From: a virus | Lineage: Duplodnaviria > Caudoviricetes | DNA length: 43,548 nucleotides | Strand: one strand, 5' to 3' | Virus record (IMG/VR): IMGVR_UViG_3300034130_000030 | Location: 1-43,548 of that record | In this document: in pieces, positions 9,316 to 19,914 of the stretch | Numbering within the stretch: position 1 is the first letter of the stretch | Layout: each line of letters starts with the position of its first letter | The notes under the pieces: model-generated | What the model saw: the letters and a program-made list of their open reading frames with translations, nothing else | Told to the model about the DNA's origin: nothing | Database searches by the model: none | Translations under genes and position numbers: made by a program

Positions 9316-11272
9316 TTTCAGCGGTTATGCCACGAAGGCTGGGCTCAAGTGCTCCGACGGGCGAACGATCACGGCTGAAGCTTTCAAGCACCAGGACAAG
9401 ATGATTGTTCCGCTTGTTTGGCAGCACGGTCACAATGTCCCGGAGAACGTCTTGGGCCACGCCGTTCTCGAAGCTCGACCGGATGGCATCTACGCCCAGG
9501 GGTTCTTCAACGACACCAGCTCGGGCGTGAATGCCAAGAAGCTGGTGAAGCACAAGGACATCACCAAGCTGTCCATCTACGCCAACCAGCTGGTCGAGAA
9601 GACCAAGACCGTTCTGCACGGAATGATCACCGAGGTCAGCCTCGTTCTCGCCGGCGCAAATCCCGGTGCGGTGATCGACTGGGTGCAGATCGCCCATTCC
9701 GACGGCGAAATCGAAACCCTCGCTGACGAGGCCATCATCCACACCGGTCTCGACTTCGGTCAAGAGGGAGAGCCGGAGGAGAAGGCCGAGAAGGACGAGT
9801 CGGAGGAGTCCAAGGAAGACGAGAAGATCGAGCACGCCGACGATCCGACCGCCAAGGACATCTACAACACTCTGAACGCCGACCAGAAAGAACTGGTCAA
9901 CATCCTGGTCTCCGCCGCTTTGGAGGACGCAGGAGCTCCCGCTCAGCACTCCGAAGAGAAGTCCGACGAGGAAGACCTCACCCACAAGGAAGGAAACGAC
10001 GACATGCCGCGGAACGTCTTCGAGCAGAACGACAACTCCGGCTCTACTCAGCGTCCGACGCTGACTCACGCTCAGCTGAAGACCATCGTCGACGACGCGC
10101 AGAAGCTGGGTTCCTTCAAGGAGTCCTTCCTGCAGCACGCCGTCGAGTACGGGATCGAGAACATCGACTACCTGTTCCCGGACGCCCGGAACGTGCTGGA
10201 TTCCCCCCAGTTCGTCTCGAGGAAGATGGAATGGGTGGCCGGCGTGATCAACGGCACCAAGCACTCCCCCTTCTCGCGGATCAAGACCATGTCCGCGGAC
10301 ATCACCCTCGACACGGCCCGCGCCAAGGGCTACGTCAAGGCCACGCTGAAGAAGGAGGAGTGGTTCACTCTCTCGCAGCGGACCACCACCCCCACCACGA
10401 TCTACAAGAAGCAGAAGCTGGACCGTGACGACATCATCGACATCACGGACCTGGACGTGGTGGCCTGGCTCAAGGCCGAAATGCGGGTGATGCTGGACGA
10501 GGAAATCGCCCGGGCGATCCTGGTCGGTGACGGTCGTGAGGTCGACGACGACGACAAGATCAACGAGGCCAACATCCGGCCGATCGCGTACGACGACGAC
10601 TTCTACAACGAGAAGGTCGTCATCCCCTCGAACGTCGTGGGCGACGCGCTGGTCGAGGCGATCCTGCGGGCCCGTCCGAAGTACCGCGGCACGGGTTCTC
10701 CGTCGCTGTACATCCTCGAGGACACCCTGACCGACCTGCTGCTGGTCAAGGACGGAATGGGCCGCCGGCTCTACCCGACCTCAACCGATCTGGCCGCGGC
10801 TCTTCGGGTCAAGGAGATCATCACGGTCCCGATCATGGAGGACCTGACCAACGACGGCGGGGACATTCTCGCTATCATGGTCAACCTGGTCGACTACACG
10901 CTGGGCGCCGACAAGGGTGGCGCAATCTCGATGTTCGACGACTTCGACATCGACTACAACCAGTACAAGTACCTGATCGAGACCCGGCTGAGCGGCGCGC
11001 TGACGCTGTTCAAGTCCGCGATCACGTTCTCCCGTGGCGCCGGCACCCTGGTGGCATCCATCACCGCGCCGACCTTCGTTGCCGCAACGGGTGTCGTCAC
11101 GATCCCCACCGTCACCGGTGTGGTCTGGAAGATGAACGGTGTCACCAAGAGCCCCGGGGCTCAGACCGCCATCGCGTCGCTCTCGAGCGTCGAAGTCACC
11201 GCCGAGCCGGCGACCGACTACTACTTCCACCACAACATCGACACGGACTGGGACTTCACCCGTACCACCTGA
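9305..11272 (+). CDS. Fused prohead protease / acidic scaffold / major capsid protein with C-terminal Ig-like domain
   Basis: DFSGYA...PLVWQH...LGH...LSI...EVSLV..GANP (HK97-type serine protease), acidic linker, HK97-fold capsid (EEIARAILVGDG). Very high GC3. Confidence 0.9.
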   Translation: MGPDFSGYATKAGLKCSDGRTITAEAFKHQDKMIVPLVWQHGHNVPENVLGHAVLEARPDGIYAQGFFNDTSSGVNAKKLVKHKDITKLSIYANQLVEKTKTVLHGMITEVSLVLAGANPGAVIDWVQIAHSDGEIETLADEAIIHTGLDFGQEGEPEEKAEKDESEESKEDEKIEHADDPTAKDIYNTLNADQKELVNILVSAALEDAGAPAQHSEEKSDEEDLTHKEGNDDMPRNVFEQNDNSGSTQRPTLTHAQLKTIVDDAQKLGSFKESFLQHAVEYGIENIDYLFPDARNVLDSPQFVSRKMEWVAGVINGTKHSPFSRIKTMSADITLDTARAKGYVKATLKKEEWFTLSQRTTTPTTIYKKQKLDRDDIIDITDLDVVAWLKAEMRVMLDEEIARAILVGDGREVDDDDKINEANIRPIAYDDDFYNEKVVIPSNVVGDALVEAILRARPKYRGTGSPSLYILEDTLTDLLLVKDGMGRRLYPTSTDLAAALRVKEIITVPIMEDLTNDGGDILAIMVNLVDYTLGADKGGAISMFDDFDIDYNQYKYLIETRLSGALTLFKSAITFSRGAGTLVASITAPTFVAATGVVTIPTVTGVVWKMNGVTKSPGAQTAIASLSSVEVTAEPATDYYFHHNIDTDWDFTRTT

Positions 11273-11284
11273 TAGGGGAGCACC

Positions 11285-11608
11285 ATGGCAAAGTTCTATG
11301 GTGCGATCGGATACGGCACGAGCGTCGAAACTGCTCCTGGAGTTTTCTCGGATGTAATCGAGGAATTCATGTACCGCGGAGATGTCATCCGCAATACGAG
11401 AAAACTCCAGGAGGGCGAAAGTCTTAACAACGATCTGTCTGTTAACAACTCGATTAGCATCGTGGCGGACGCTTACGCCGGCGAACACTTCTTTGCCATG
11501 CGGTACATCAAGTGGGCGGGGACTCTGTGGCATATCTCAGATGTTGAGGTTCAGAGTCCCCGCCTGATCTTGAGGTTGGGAGGGGTTTACAATGGCCCCA
11601 CGGCTTGA
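11285..11608 (+). CDS. Head-to-tail stopper
   Basis: 107-aa beta protein directly after the capsid gene. Confidence 0.6.
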   Translation: MAKFYGAIGYGTSVETAPGVFSDVIEEFMYRGDVIRNTRKLQEGESLNNDLSVNNSISIVADAYAGEHFFAMRYIKWAGTLWHISDVEVQSPRLILRLGGVYNGPTA

Positions 11609-11897
11609 GCTTCAGACCGTCCTCGAGGACTTGTTGGGTAGCTCGAACGTATATTTCCAGCCACCCGCGAATGTGAAGATGGTGTATCCGTGCATTGTCT
11701 ACAAGCGAGACACTGGACGGACACAGTTCGCTGACAACAATCCGTATCGCAACACATTGCGGTACCAGGTGACGGTTATCGACAGGAATCCAGACAGTGT
11801 GATTCCGCCCAAAGTCGCACGCTTGCCGATGTGTCTGTTCAACAGATTCTTCACAGCAGGCGATCTCAACCATGATGTATTCAATCTCTATTACTGA
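11592..11897 (+). CDS. Tail terminator-like protein
   Basis: NVYFQPP...YPCIVY...ADN...YQVTVI pattern, directly upstream of the major tail gene. Confidence 0.65.
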   Translation: MAPRLELQTVLEDLLGSSNVYFQPPANVKMVYPCIVYKRDTGRTQFADNNPYRNTLRYQVTVIDRNPDSVIPPKVARLPMCLFNRFFTAGDLNHDVFNLYY

Positions 11898-11908
11898 GGA
11901 GAACCCTA

Positions 11909-12790
11909 GTGACTAAGCTCGCTTGGGACCTGATCGGCCAGAAGCGGTACGAAACTGGTGTCGATCACGGGGTCCTGTACATTCCCGACGAGACCGGCGC
12001 GTACGCCATGGGCTACGCCTGGAACGGTCTGACCACCGTCACGGAGTCGCCCTCGGGTGCCGAGGCCAACCCGCAGTACGCCGACAACATCAAGTACCTC
12101 AACCTGTACTCGAAGGAAGAGTTCGGCGGGACGATCGAGGCCTTCACCTACCCCGAGCAGTTCGCCCAGTGCGACGGTTCGGCGGAGCCTGAGACGGGCG
12201 TCTTCATCGGCCAGCAGCGACGGGTGTCCTTCGGGTTTGCCTATCGCACCCTGGTCGGAAACGACCTGCTGGGCACCGCGGCCGGCTACAAGTGGCACCT
12301 CATCTACGGCGCCACCGCGGCTCCGTCGGAGAAGGCCAACGCGACCGTCAACGATTCGCCCGAGGCCGTCTCCTTCAGCTGGGAGATCACCACGATTCCG
12401 GTCGCCGTCGGCACGATCAACTCGGTCGACTACGCGCCGACGTCGTACCTGACGGTCGACTCCACCACGGCTGATGCCAGCTCGCTGCTCGAGCTCGAGG
12501 ACATGCTCCTGGGCACCGAGGGTGGCGATCCGCATCTGCCGCTTCCGGCCGATGTCATCGCGTTGTTCGCCGGCTCTTCGGTCGAAGCCACTCCGACCGC
12601 TCCGACGTTCAACTCGGGCACTCACACCATCACGATCCCCACCGTGACCGGCGTGATCTACAAGATCGGCGGGGTGACCAAGACCGGCGCCGTCGTCATC
12701 ACCGAGGATACCGTCGTTCACGCAGTTCCGGCCGCGGGATACCACTTCCCCGAGGTCACGGACGACGACTGGTTCTTCGACTTCGTCTGA
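11909..12790 (+). CDS. Major tail tube protein with C-terminal Ig-like domain
   Basis: [42 protein letters not shown]. High GC3. Confidence 0.9.
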   Translation: MTKLAWDLIGQKRYETGVDHGVLYIPDETGAYAMGYAWNGLTTVTESPSGAEANPQYADNIKYLNLYSKEEFGGTIEAFTYPEQFAQCDGSAEPETGVFIGQQRRVSFGFAYRTLVGNDLLGTAAGYKWHLIYGATAAPSEKANATVNDSPEAVSFSWEITTIPVAVGTINSVDYAPTSYLTVDSTTADASSLLELEDMLLGTEGGDPHLPLPADVIALFAGSSVEATPTAPTFNSGTHTITIPTVTGVIYKIGGVTKTGAVVITEDTVVHAVPAAGYHFPEVTDDDWFFDFV

Positions 12791-12816
12791 GTCGAAAACT
12801 GATAGGAGACCAGAGA

Positions 12817-13353
12817 ATGCTCACCATTATTGTGCAATTAGCGGAAGGTTTCGACGACGAAAAGCAAGAATTCGTCGACATCGAGACTTTCCAGCTCGAC
12901 CTCGAGCATTCTCTGGTCTCTCTGTCAAAATGGGAGTCAAACTTCGAAAAGCCGTTCATTTCGAGCGAGAAGACCATCGAAGAAACACTGTGGTACATCA
13001 GAGCAATGACGTTGACCCCCAATGTTCCTCCGGTGGTTTTCGAGAAACTCTCCCAAAAGCACTATGAAACAATTAACGAATACATCAACGCCAAGATGAC
13101 CGCAACTTGGTTCAGCGACACCCATGCTAAGCCAAGTGCAGAGATCATCACAGCTGAGATCATCTACTACTGGTTTGTCGCCTTGAACATTCCGTTTGAG
13201 GTCGAGAATTGGCATCTGAATCGTGCGCTCACGTTGGTTAGGGTCTGCAACGAGAAACAAACCCCCGCAAAGAAGGTCTCGCCGAAGGAAGCCGCTAGAC
13301 AAAGGCGAGAATTGAACGCTGCACGCCAAAAGCAGTACGGGACTAAGGGCTAA
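12817..13353 (+). CDS. Tail assembly chaperone-like protein
   Basis: Lies between the tail tube and tape measure genes. [13 protein letters not shown] and WHLNR.LTL motifs. Confidence 0.6.
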   Translation: MLTIIVQLAEGFDDEKQEFVDIETFQLDLEHSLVSLSKWESNFEKPFISSEKTIEETLWYIRAMTLTPNVPPVVFEKLSQKHYETINEYINAKMTATWFSDTHAKPSAEIITAEIIYYWFVALNIPFEVENWHLNRALTLVRVCNEKQTPAKKVSPKEAARQRRELNAARQKQYGTKG

Positions 13354-13365
13354 AGGAGGATCGGA

Positions 13366-14163
13366 ATGACTAGACTCAACTGGGGAACTCCCGGCGAACG
13401 ATTCTTCGAAGCTGGAGTTGACCGAGGCGTTCTTTACACCGGCGTCACTGGAGTTCCCTGGAACGGCCTCATTTCGGTCACAGAAGCTCCTGACGGTGGA
13501 TCAGCAAAGCCGTTCTATCTCGACGGCGTGAAGTACATGAATCGCACCTCCAACGAGGAATTCAAAGCCACGATCTCGGCCTTCACCTACCCGCATGAGT
13601 TCGAGCAGTGCGACGGAACTGCGTATGTTGCTGATGGGTTGTTCGCGACGCAGCAGTACCGTAAATCGTTCGGTCTCTGCTACCGGACCAAGGTAGGTAA
13701 CGATACGGCCGGCCCTGATCTTGGCTACAAGATCCATCTGGTCTATAACGCCACAGCAGAGCCGACCACTCGAGACAACAAGACTGTAGGTGACTCCCTT
13801 GATGCTTCTATATTCACTTGGGACGTCTCTACGGTGCCTGTTAAGACGCCGGGAATCAAGCCAACCGCGCATTTCGTGGTCGATTCTACGCGCACTCATC
13901 CTGACGTCTTAGCGGCTCTCGAGGATATTCTATACGGTTCAGCCGACAATATTCCGACGCTTCCGACTCAGCATGATCTGGTCGAGCTGTTCGTCGGCGT
14001 CATTGTCGAGCCAGACTTCATCGTGGTGGACAACGGTGATGGATCGTTCACAATCACGGCTCCAGACGAGCAACTTACGGACAACGGAGACGGCACTTTC
14101 GTGGTGACCGGAGACACCGTAATCGACAACGAAGATGGCTCATACACCGTTAGTTCAGAGTAG
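13366..14163 (+). CDS. Second tail-tube paralogue with C-terminal DNGDG repeats
   Basis: EAGVDRGVLY, PWNGLISVTE, AFTYP.EFEQCDG, FGLCYRT and KIHLVYNA align with 11909..12790. Confidence 0.85.
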   Translation: MTRLNWGTPGERFFEAGVDRGVLYTGVTGVPWNGLISVTEAPDGGSAKPFYLDGVKYMNRTSNEEFKATISAFTYPHEFEQCDGTAYVADGLFATQQYRKSFGLCYRTKVGNDTAGPDLGYKIHLVYNATAEPTTRDNKTVGDSLDASIFTWDVSTVPVKTPGIKPTAHFVVDSTRTHPDVLAALEDILYGSADNIPTLPTQHDLVELFVGVIVEPDFIVVDNGDGSFTITAPDEQLTDNGDGTFVVTGDTVIDNEDGSYTVSSE

Positions 14164-14171
14164 GAGGAACC

Positions 14172-14420
14172 ATGGCAACCGTTAACAGTTACACGTCGGA
14201 CCGAATTCAGGAAATCGAAAACGGTTCGATTGTTGACGCGTCCGTTGACCCGGATACCGGCGATTTGATCCTCACAAAGTTCGATACCACGACATACAAC
14301 GTCGGTGTCGTTGTCGGCGCCACTGGCGCGGCTGGTGTCTCCGGAGCGATCGCTGTGGATGACCTCGAGGACGTTCCGCCGGGAACTCCCGCAGGCACAC
14401 CAATTTTTCTCCGGGGGTAA
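14172..14420 (+). CDS. Small virion-associated hypothetical protein
   Basis: AGGAGG RBS, 82 aa, VD..GDLILT motif common in tail proteins. Confidence 0.55.
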   Translation: MATVNSYTSDRIQEIENGSIVDASVDPDTGDLILTKFDTTTYNVGVVVGATGAAGVSGAIAVDDLEDVPPGTPAGTPIFLRG

Positions 14421-14447
14421 TTTTCGGACAAACTTTTTGGAGCCCAC

Positions 14448-14825
14448 GTGTTCTCTATCGAGACCTCTGGAGACTTTGGGAAAACTCTGCGTACATTGGG
14501 TAATCTACAGAAACTCAACGTTCGCGGAATTCTTGAAGCTGCAGGACAAGCGGGTGTGACTGCTCTGGCATCAGCTACACCTCGTGAGTCGGGCTTAGCT
14601 GCGCATTCCTGGAGTTATGAGGTTACTGGAGGAGTCGGGCAAGCTCAAATAAACTGGCTTAACGTCGACGTTGAGAATGGCTTCCCAGTAGCCATCATGC
14701 TTCAATACGGCTACGGAACAGGCACGGGCGGCTACGTTCAGGGCAGGGACTACATCAATCCTGCCATCAGACCTATATTTGACAAAATCGCGAATGACGT
14801 ATGGAAGGCGGTGACCTCAGCATGA
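14448..14825 (+). CDS. HK97 gp10-like neck/tail-completion protein
   Basis: TPRESG.AA.SW...LQYGYGT...V.G..YINPA pattern. Confidence 0.7.
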   Translation: MFSIETSGDFGKTLRTLGNLQKLNVRGILEAAGQAGVTALASATPRESGLAAHSWSYEVTGGVGQAQINWLNVDVENGFPVAIMLQYGYGTGTGGYVQGRDYINPAIRPIFDKIANDVWKAVTSA

Positions 14826-17800
14826 GCGGTAGCGTTGACGAACGCATCGTTTCATTGAAGTTCGATAACGCTCAATTCGAGAATGGCGTTAAGAAGTCGC
14901 TCGACTCCCTTACGCAGTTGAACAAGGGACTCAAACTCGAAGGGGCCACCAAAGGCCTCAATGACGTTAATGCTGCGGTTGGCAAATTCTCTATGGCCGG
15001 TATGGCCAAGAGCATATCCGACATCGCCTCGAAGTTCAGCGGCTTGTCCGTCATCGCGATCACAGCTCTCACGAATATCGTCAATAAGGTCGTTAACGCC
15101 GGCCTTCAGATGGCGAAGTCTCTCACAGTTCAGCCAATCACTGACGGTCTGCATGAATATGAGACCCAGCTGAACTCGATTCAGACTATTCTGGCGAACA
15201 CAGGTCTGACAGGGCAAGCTGGCCTGAACAAGGTCAACGCAGCTCTAAACAACTTGAACCATTACTCTGACCTAACGATCTATAACTTCAGTGAGATGGC
15301 CCGGAACATCGGTACATTCACCGCTGCTGGTGTAGATCTGAATACGTCAGTGAATGCGATCAAGGGTATCGCCAACCTGGCCGCTTTGTCTGGCTCGAAC
15401 GCCGACCAGGCGTCCACGGCGATGTATCAGCTTTCACAGGCTCTCTCAACTGGAACTGTGAAGCTGCAGGACTGGAACTCGGTCGTTAACGCCGGAATGG
15501 GCGGTAAGGTCTTCCAGGAATCTCTGAAGGAGACTGCTCGAGCTCACGGTGTGGCAGTTGACAAGATCATTAAGGATGAGGGAAGCTTCCGTGACTCTCT
15601 CCAAACGGGCTGGCTCACCTCCTCGATCCTGACGGAGACCCTGAGCAAGTTCACGGGCGACCTCAATGCCCGGCAGTTGAAGACCATGGGGTATACCGAT
15701 AAGCAGATCGTCGGAATCCTCAAGATGGGCCAGACTGCTAAGAACGCAGCTACGAAGGTGAAGACCTTCACTCAGCTGATTGGGACGCTACAGGAAGCGG
15801 CCGGCTCCGGCTGGGCTACTACCTGGTCTCTGATCTTCGGTAATTTCAACGAAGCCGAGGATCTGTTCACCGGTGTTAATAATGTACTGAGCGGCTTTAT
15901 TCAGTCGTCGGCAAACGCCCGTAACAAGGTGCTCTCCGACTGGAAAGAGCTGGGTGGCCGCACAGTACTGATCAAGGCGATCGGTGAAGCCTTCACCGGT
16001 GTGCTGTCGATCCTGAAGCCTGTTAAGGACGCATTCCGGGAGATCTTCCCGGCCAAGACAGGTCAAGATCTGTTCAACATGACGAAGAGTTTCGAGCAGT
16101 TCGCTGCCGGGCTCAAAATAGGAGCACAAACCGCAGACGAACTGAAGCGCACTTTCGCTGGTGTCTTCGCTATATTTGGGATTGGCTTCGACATCGTCAA
16201 GGAGGTTGTCAAGACTCTGCTCGGGCTGTTCAAGACAGCCGGAGATGGAGCCGGCAGCTTCCTCCAGGTGACCGCCAACATCGGCGATTTCCTCGTGAAT
16301 CTGAAGAAGGCGATCGAGCAAGGCGATGGCCTAACGAACTTCTTCAAGACCATCGGCGCCATTCTGGCCAAACCGATCCAGCTCTTGGAACAGTTCGCAG
16401 GAGCCGTCAAGGACGCATTCTCTAGCGGGGACTCGGGCGCTCTGAACAAGTTTCAGCAGCGTTTCCAGCCGGTGGCTGCGGTCGGCTCTCTGATCAGCAA
16501 GGCGTGGTCTCACGTAGGCGACGTCATGAAGGCCGTATTCAAGGTCATCGAACCCATTGCGGGTAAGATATCTGATGAATTCAGCAAGGTCATCGACGCC
16601 CTGACGAATAGTTTGTCTACAGGCGATTTCAGTTCTGTTCTTGACGCAATCAACACAGGTTTGTTCGGTGGACTTGTGCTCATCATCAAGAAGTTCCTCA
16701 AGAACGGCCTGAGTGGTCTAGATGTCAGCGGCGGCATCATCGGTAAGATCAAGGACACATTCGGTGCCTTGACCGATACGTTGTCCATCATGCAAGCCCA
16801 GCTCAAAGCCAGCACTCTGATCAAGATTGCTGGAGCAATCGGCGTTCTTGTACTAGCTGTAGTAGCATTGTCCCTGATCGATTCAGGTAGTCTGACTAAG
16901 TCATTGACAGCTATCTCGGTCATGTTCGTGCAACTGGCTGCGGCGCTGGTAGTTCTGGAAAAGGCGACCGGAAGCGTCGGATTCATAAAGCTGCCAGTCG
17001 TCGCAGCCTCACTCATCCTGCTAGCTACGGCAATTGATATTCTGGCTCTAGCTGTGGCCGGTTTGGCACAACTTGACTGGAATCAGTTGGCTAAGGGTCT
17101 TACAGGCGTGGCGGTCCTCATCGGTTTGCTGGTTGTCGCAACAAAGGGCATATCTGGCAACGCTGGTGGGATGATCGCTGGATCGGCTGGACTGATCCTG
17201 ATGGCCGGGGCGATCAAGATCCTGGCTAGTGCAGTTGAGGATCTGTCCGGCATGAGTTGGGCTGAGATGGCCAAGGGGCTTGTTGGAGTAGGGGTCCTTC
17301 TGGGATCGCTTGCTCTCTTCAGCAAGTTCGCTTCCGCAGACGCTGGCGGAGTATTGGCCGGAGCCGGCATCGTCCTGCTCGCGGGCGGAATCAAGATCCT
17401 GGCTAGTGCACTAAAGGATATTTCGGACTTGTCTTGGGAAGAACTAGCCCAAGGTATGGTCGGCTTGGCCGGCGGTTTGGTGCTGATTGGGACTGCTCTC
17501 AATCTCATCCCGCCGTCGTCGGTCCTGTCGGCTGCAGCGATCCTCGTGGTGGCTGCTGGACTAGAGATATTCACCGACGCATTCGGTCGGATGGCCAACA
17601 TGAGTTGGGGCGAGATTGCTAAGGGCCTTACGGTTCTCGGCGTCTCTCTGACGCTCATATCCATTGCGATGAACACGATGATTGCCGCCCTTCCGGGGGC
17701 TGCAGCTCTGTTGATTGTCTCGGCCGCTCTTGCCATCTTCGAGCCCGTACTCAAGGGCTTTGCTGGCATGAGTTGGGGCGACATCGCCAAGGGTTTGATC

Positions 17801-19093
17801 ACGCTAGCCGCTGCACTAACTATCATCGGAGTTGCGGGCCTGCTCTTGGCCCCTGTGGTCCCTGTACTGATCGGCCTTGGCGCAGCAATCGCTCTGCTCG
17901 GCCTCGGCATGCTTGCTGCCGGCGCCGGAGTTCTGGCATTCTCGATCGGTTTGACCGCTCTGAGCGTCGCTGGGGCTGCGGCAGTAGCTGTGGTAGTGGG
18001 TAGTATTGGCGCTCTCATCGGGCTGATTCCGAAGGTAATGACAGGGATAGCTCTAGGTATTGCTGCATTTGCCAAGACAATCGCCACTGCAGCTCCCGCC
18101 ATGTTCCAGGCGATGACAGTAGTTATCACATCTCTTCTGAACGCGATTGTGAAACTGGCGCCGAAGGTCATCTCGACTCTTCTAAGCTTGCTCACATCGC
18201 TTCTAAATGCACTAGCCAACGCCATTCCAAAGATGGTTTCGGCTGGTGTGAAAATCATTCTCGGTATTCTCACGGGAATGAGCAACAATATCGGCAAGAT
18301 CGTGACAGTGGCGACGAACTTGATCGTGAACTTCCTCAATGCCATATCCGCAAATCAGGGCCGGGTAACAAATGCCGGCGTAAAGATGATCATCAGCTTC
18401 ATCAATGGAGTGGCCAATGCGATTCGGTCCAACTCCAAGGCGATGGGTGCTGCGGGAGCGAACCTGGGCTCCGCGATCGTCGAGGGTATGGTGCGTGGTC
18501 TGGCCGGCGGTATTGGTCAAATCACGTCCGAAGCAAGAAGCATCGCTAAGAGTGCTCTGAACGCGGCTAAGAATGCGCTTGGGATTCACTCACCGTCGAA
18601 GGAGTTTGAGAAGGTTGGTGCGTTCTCTACGGAGGGCATGGCCAACGGTCTCACCAAGACTTCTGGCACGGTCACCGATGCTGCTGAGGTAGTAGGTAAG
18701 GCTGCGATTCTGGCTATGCGTAAGTCGATCGGGAATATCGCAGAAATTCTTCATGGTGATCTTGACCTGAACCCGGTCATTACTCCCGTTGTCGATATTA
18801 CGGAAGCCAGAAAGACTGCCGCACAGTTGGCAGCTCTGATCAAGGCTCAGGTTGTTCCAGTTACATCTACCACATCGACTACGGCAGCCAAGGTAGCGCA
18901 AGCTGCTACGGCTGCTCGAGCTCAAGCTCAGTACGATCTGATTCATCCTCCGGGCGGATTAACACCTGGTCAGACAACGGTACGCGACATCATTTACAAC
19001 CAGACCAACAACTCGCCCAAGGCTCTGAGCAATGCTGAGATCTACCGTCTCACCAAGAACCAGCTCTCTATCGTGAAGGGACAGTTGCCTTAA
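14822..19093 (+). CDS. Tape measure protein
   Basis: About 1423 aa, Ala/Gly-rich helical, tape-measure domain (AMYQLSQALSTGTVKLQDWNS), repeated SW.E.AKGL units, LGIHSPS motif. Confidence 0.95.
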   Translation: MSGSVDERIVSLKFDNAQFENGVKKSLDSLTQLNKGLKLEGATKGLNDVNAAVGKFSMAGMAKSISDIASKFSGLSVIAITALTNIVNKVVNAGLQMAKSLTVQPITDGLHEYETQLNSIQTILANTGLTGQAGLNKVNAALNNLNHYSDLTIYNFSEMARNIGTFTAAGVDLNTSVNAIKGIANLAALSGSNADQASTAMYQLSQALSTGTVKLQDWNSVVNAGMGGKVFQESLKETARAHGVAVDKIIKDEGSFRDSLQTGWLTSSILTETLSKFTGDLNARQLKTMGYTDKQIVGILKMGQTAKNAATKVKTFTQLIGTLQEAAGSGWATTWSLIFGNFNEAEDLFTGVNNVLSGFIQSSANARNKVLSDWKELGGRTVLIKAIGEAFTGVLSILKPVKDAFREIFPAKTGQDLFNMTKSFEQFAAGLKIGAQTADELKRTFAGVFAIFGIGFDIVKEVVKTLLGLFKTAGDGAGSFLQVTANIGDFLVNLKKAIEQGDGLTNFFKTIGAILAKPIQLLEQFAGAVKDAFSSGDSGALNKFQQRFQPVAAVGSLISKAWSHVGDVMKAVFKVIEPIAGKISDEFSKVIDALTNSLSTGDFSSVLDAINTGLFGGLVLIIKKFLKNGLSGLDVSGGIIGKIKDTFGALTDTLSIMQAQLKASTLIKIAGAIGVLVLAVVALSLIDSGSLTKSLTAISVMFVQLAAALVVLEKATGSVGFIKLPVVAASLILLATAIDILALAVAGLAQLDWNQLAKGLTGVAVLIGLLVVATKGISGNAGGMIAGSAGLILMAGAIKILASAVEDLSGMSWAEMAKGLVGVGVLLGSLALFSKFASADAGGVLAGAGIVLLAGGIKILASALKDISDLSWEELAQGMVGLAGGLVLIGTALNLIPPSSVLSAAAILVVAAGLEIFTDAFGRMANMSWGEIAKGLTVLGVSLTLISIAMNTMIAALPGAAALLIVSAALAIFEPVLKGFAGMSWGDIAKGLITLAAALTIIGVAGLLLAPVVPVLIGLGAAIALLGLGMLAAGAGVLAFSIGLTALSVAGAAAVAVVVGSIGALIGLIPKVMTGIALGIAAFAKTIATAAPAMFQAMTVVITSLLNAIVKLAPKVISTLLSLLTSLLNALANAIPKMVSAGVKIILGILTGMSNNIGKIVTVATNLIVNFLNAISANQGRVTNAGVKMIISFINGVANAIRSNSKAMGAAGANLGSAIVEGMVRGLAGGIGQITSEARSIAKSALNAAKNALGIHSPSKEFEKVGAFSTEGMANGLTKTSGTVTDAAEVVGKAAILAMRKSIGNIAEILHGDLDLNPVITPVVDITEARKTAAQLAALIKAQVVPVTSTTSTTAAKVAQAATAARAQAQYDLIHPPGGLTPGQTTVRDIIYNQTNNSPKALSNAEIYRLTKNQLSIVKGQLP

Positions 19094-19914
19094 TGTTGAC
19101 ACAACTTGAAGTACGTACAGCTAAAGGCGACATCCTTACCCTTCCGTTCAATGACGCAACAGCGGGATACGTCTTCCAAGACGCACAAGGGCTCGATCCT
19201 GTCAAGGCAACTCTCGTCTCGTCCAGCTTTGCTCAGCAAGATGGAGTACAGTATCAGTCGAGTCGACGAGAAGCCCGAAACATCATCCTCACGCTGGGGC
19301 TGGAACCTGATTGGACCGTCGACGATGTTGCTTCCATCCGGAGGCGACTCTACAACTACTTGATGCCGAAATCTGCGATCACCATGCATTTGACGGACGA
19401 CAGTGGTTTGGAAGTCGATATTTCAGGTCGCGTCGAATCGTTCGAAAACACGCTCTTCTCGCAAGAACCGTCCGTCGACGTCTCGGTGATATGTTTCGAT
19501 CCTGATTTTACAGATCCGGATCCTGTGACTATCACCGGGTCGTCGACGTCCGGAACGTTCAAGGCTCCGTTCACGTACGACGGAACAGTCGACACGGGCA
19601 TTCTGTTCAAACTCATGGTCAACCGCTCCTTGTCTGAGTTCACGATCTACCACACGCTCCCGGATGGATCCGTAAGGACGATGGACTTCGTGGCGCCTCT
19701 CATCTCGGGAGACGTCGTGACTATCAGTACCATTCCGGGGAACAAGTACGCTCGCTTGACAAGAGCGTCAGTCGACAGTTCTTTGCTCTATGCAGTGGCC
19801 CCTCAAGCAAGCTGGATCGCCCTAGAAGAAGGCGATAACACGCTACGGATTTACGCGACGGGGGCTGCGATACCTTACTCGATTGTCTATACAAACCGGT
19901 ATGGAGGGTTGTAA
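19093..19914 (+). CDS. Distal tail (Dit-like) protein
   Basis: Directly follows the tape measure gene. CFDPDF and L..GDN.L motifs. Confidence 0.75.
   Translation: MLTQLEVRTAKGDILTLPFNDATAGYVFQDAQGLDPVKATLVSSSFAQQDGVQYQSSRREARNIILTLGLEPDWTVDDVASIRRRLYNYLMPKSAITMHLTDDSGLEVDISGRVESFENTLFSQEPSVDVSVICFDPDFTDPDPVTITGSSTSGTFKAPFTYDGTVDTGILFKLMVNRSLSEFTIYHTLPDGSVRTMDFVAPLISGDVVTISTIPGNKYARLTRASVDSSLLYAVAPQASWIALEEGDNTLRIYATGAAIPYSIVYTNRYGGL

Noticed and set aside
12817-13366. Programmed frameshift in the tail assembly chaperone
   Set aside because: No convincing slippery heptamer seen, and the next gene has its own strong RBS and is a tail-tube paralogue.
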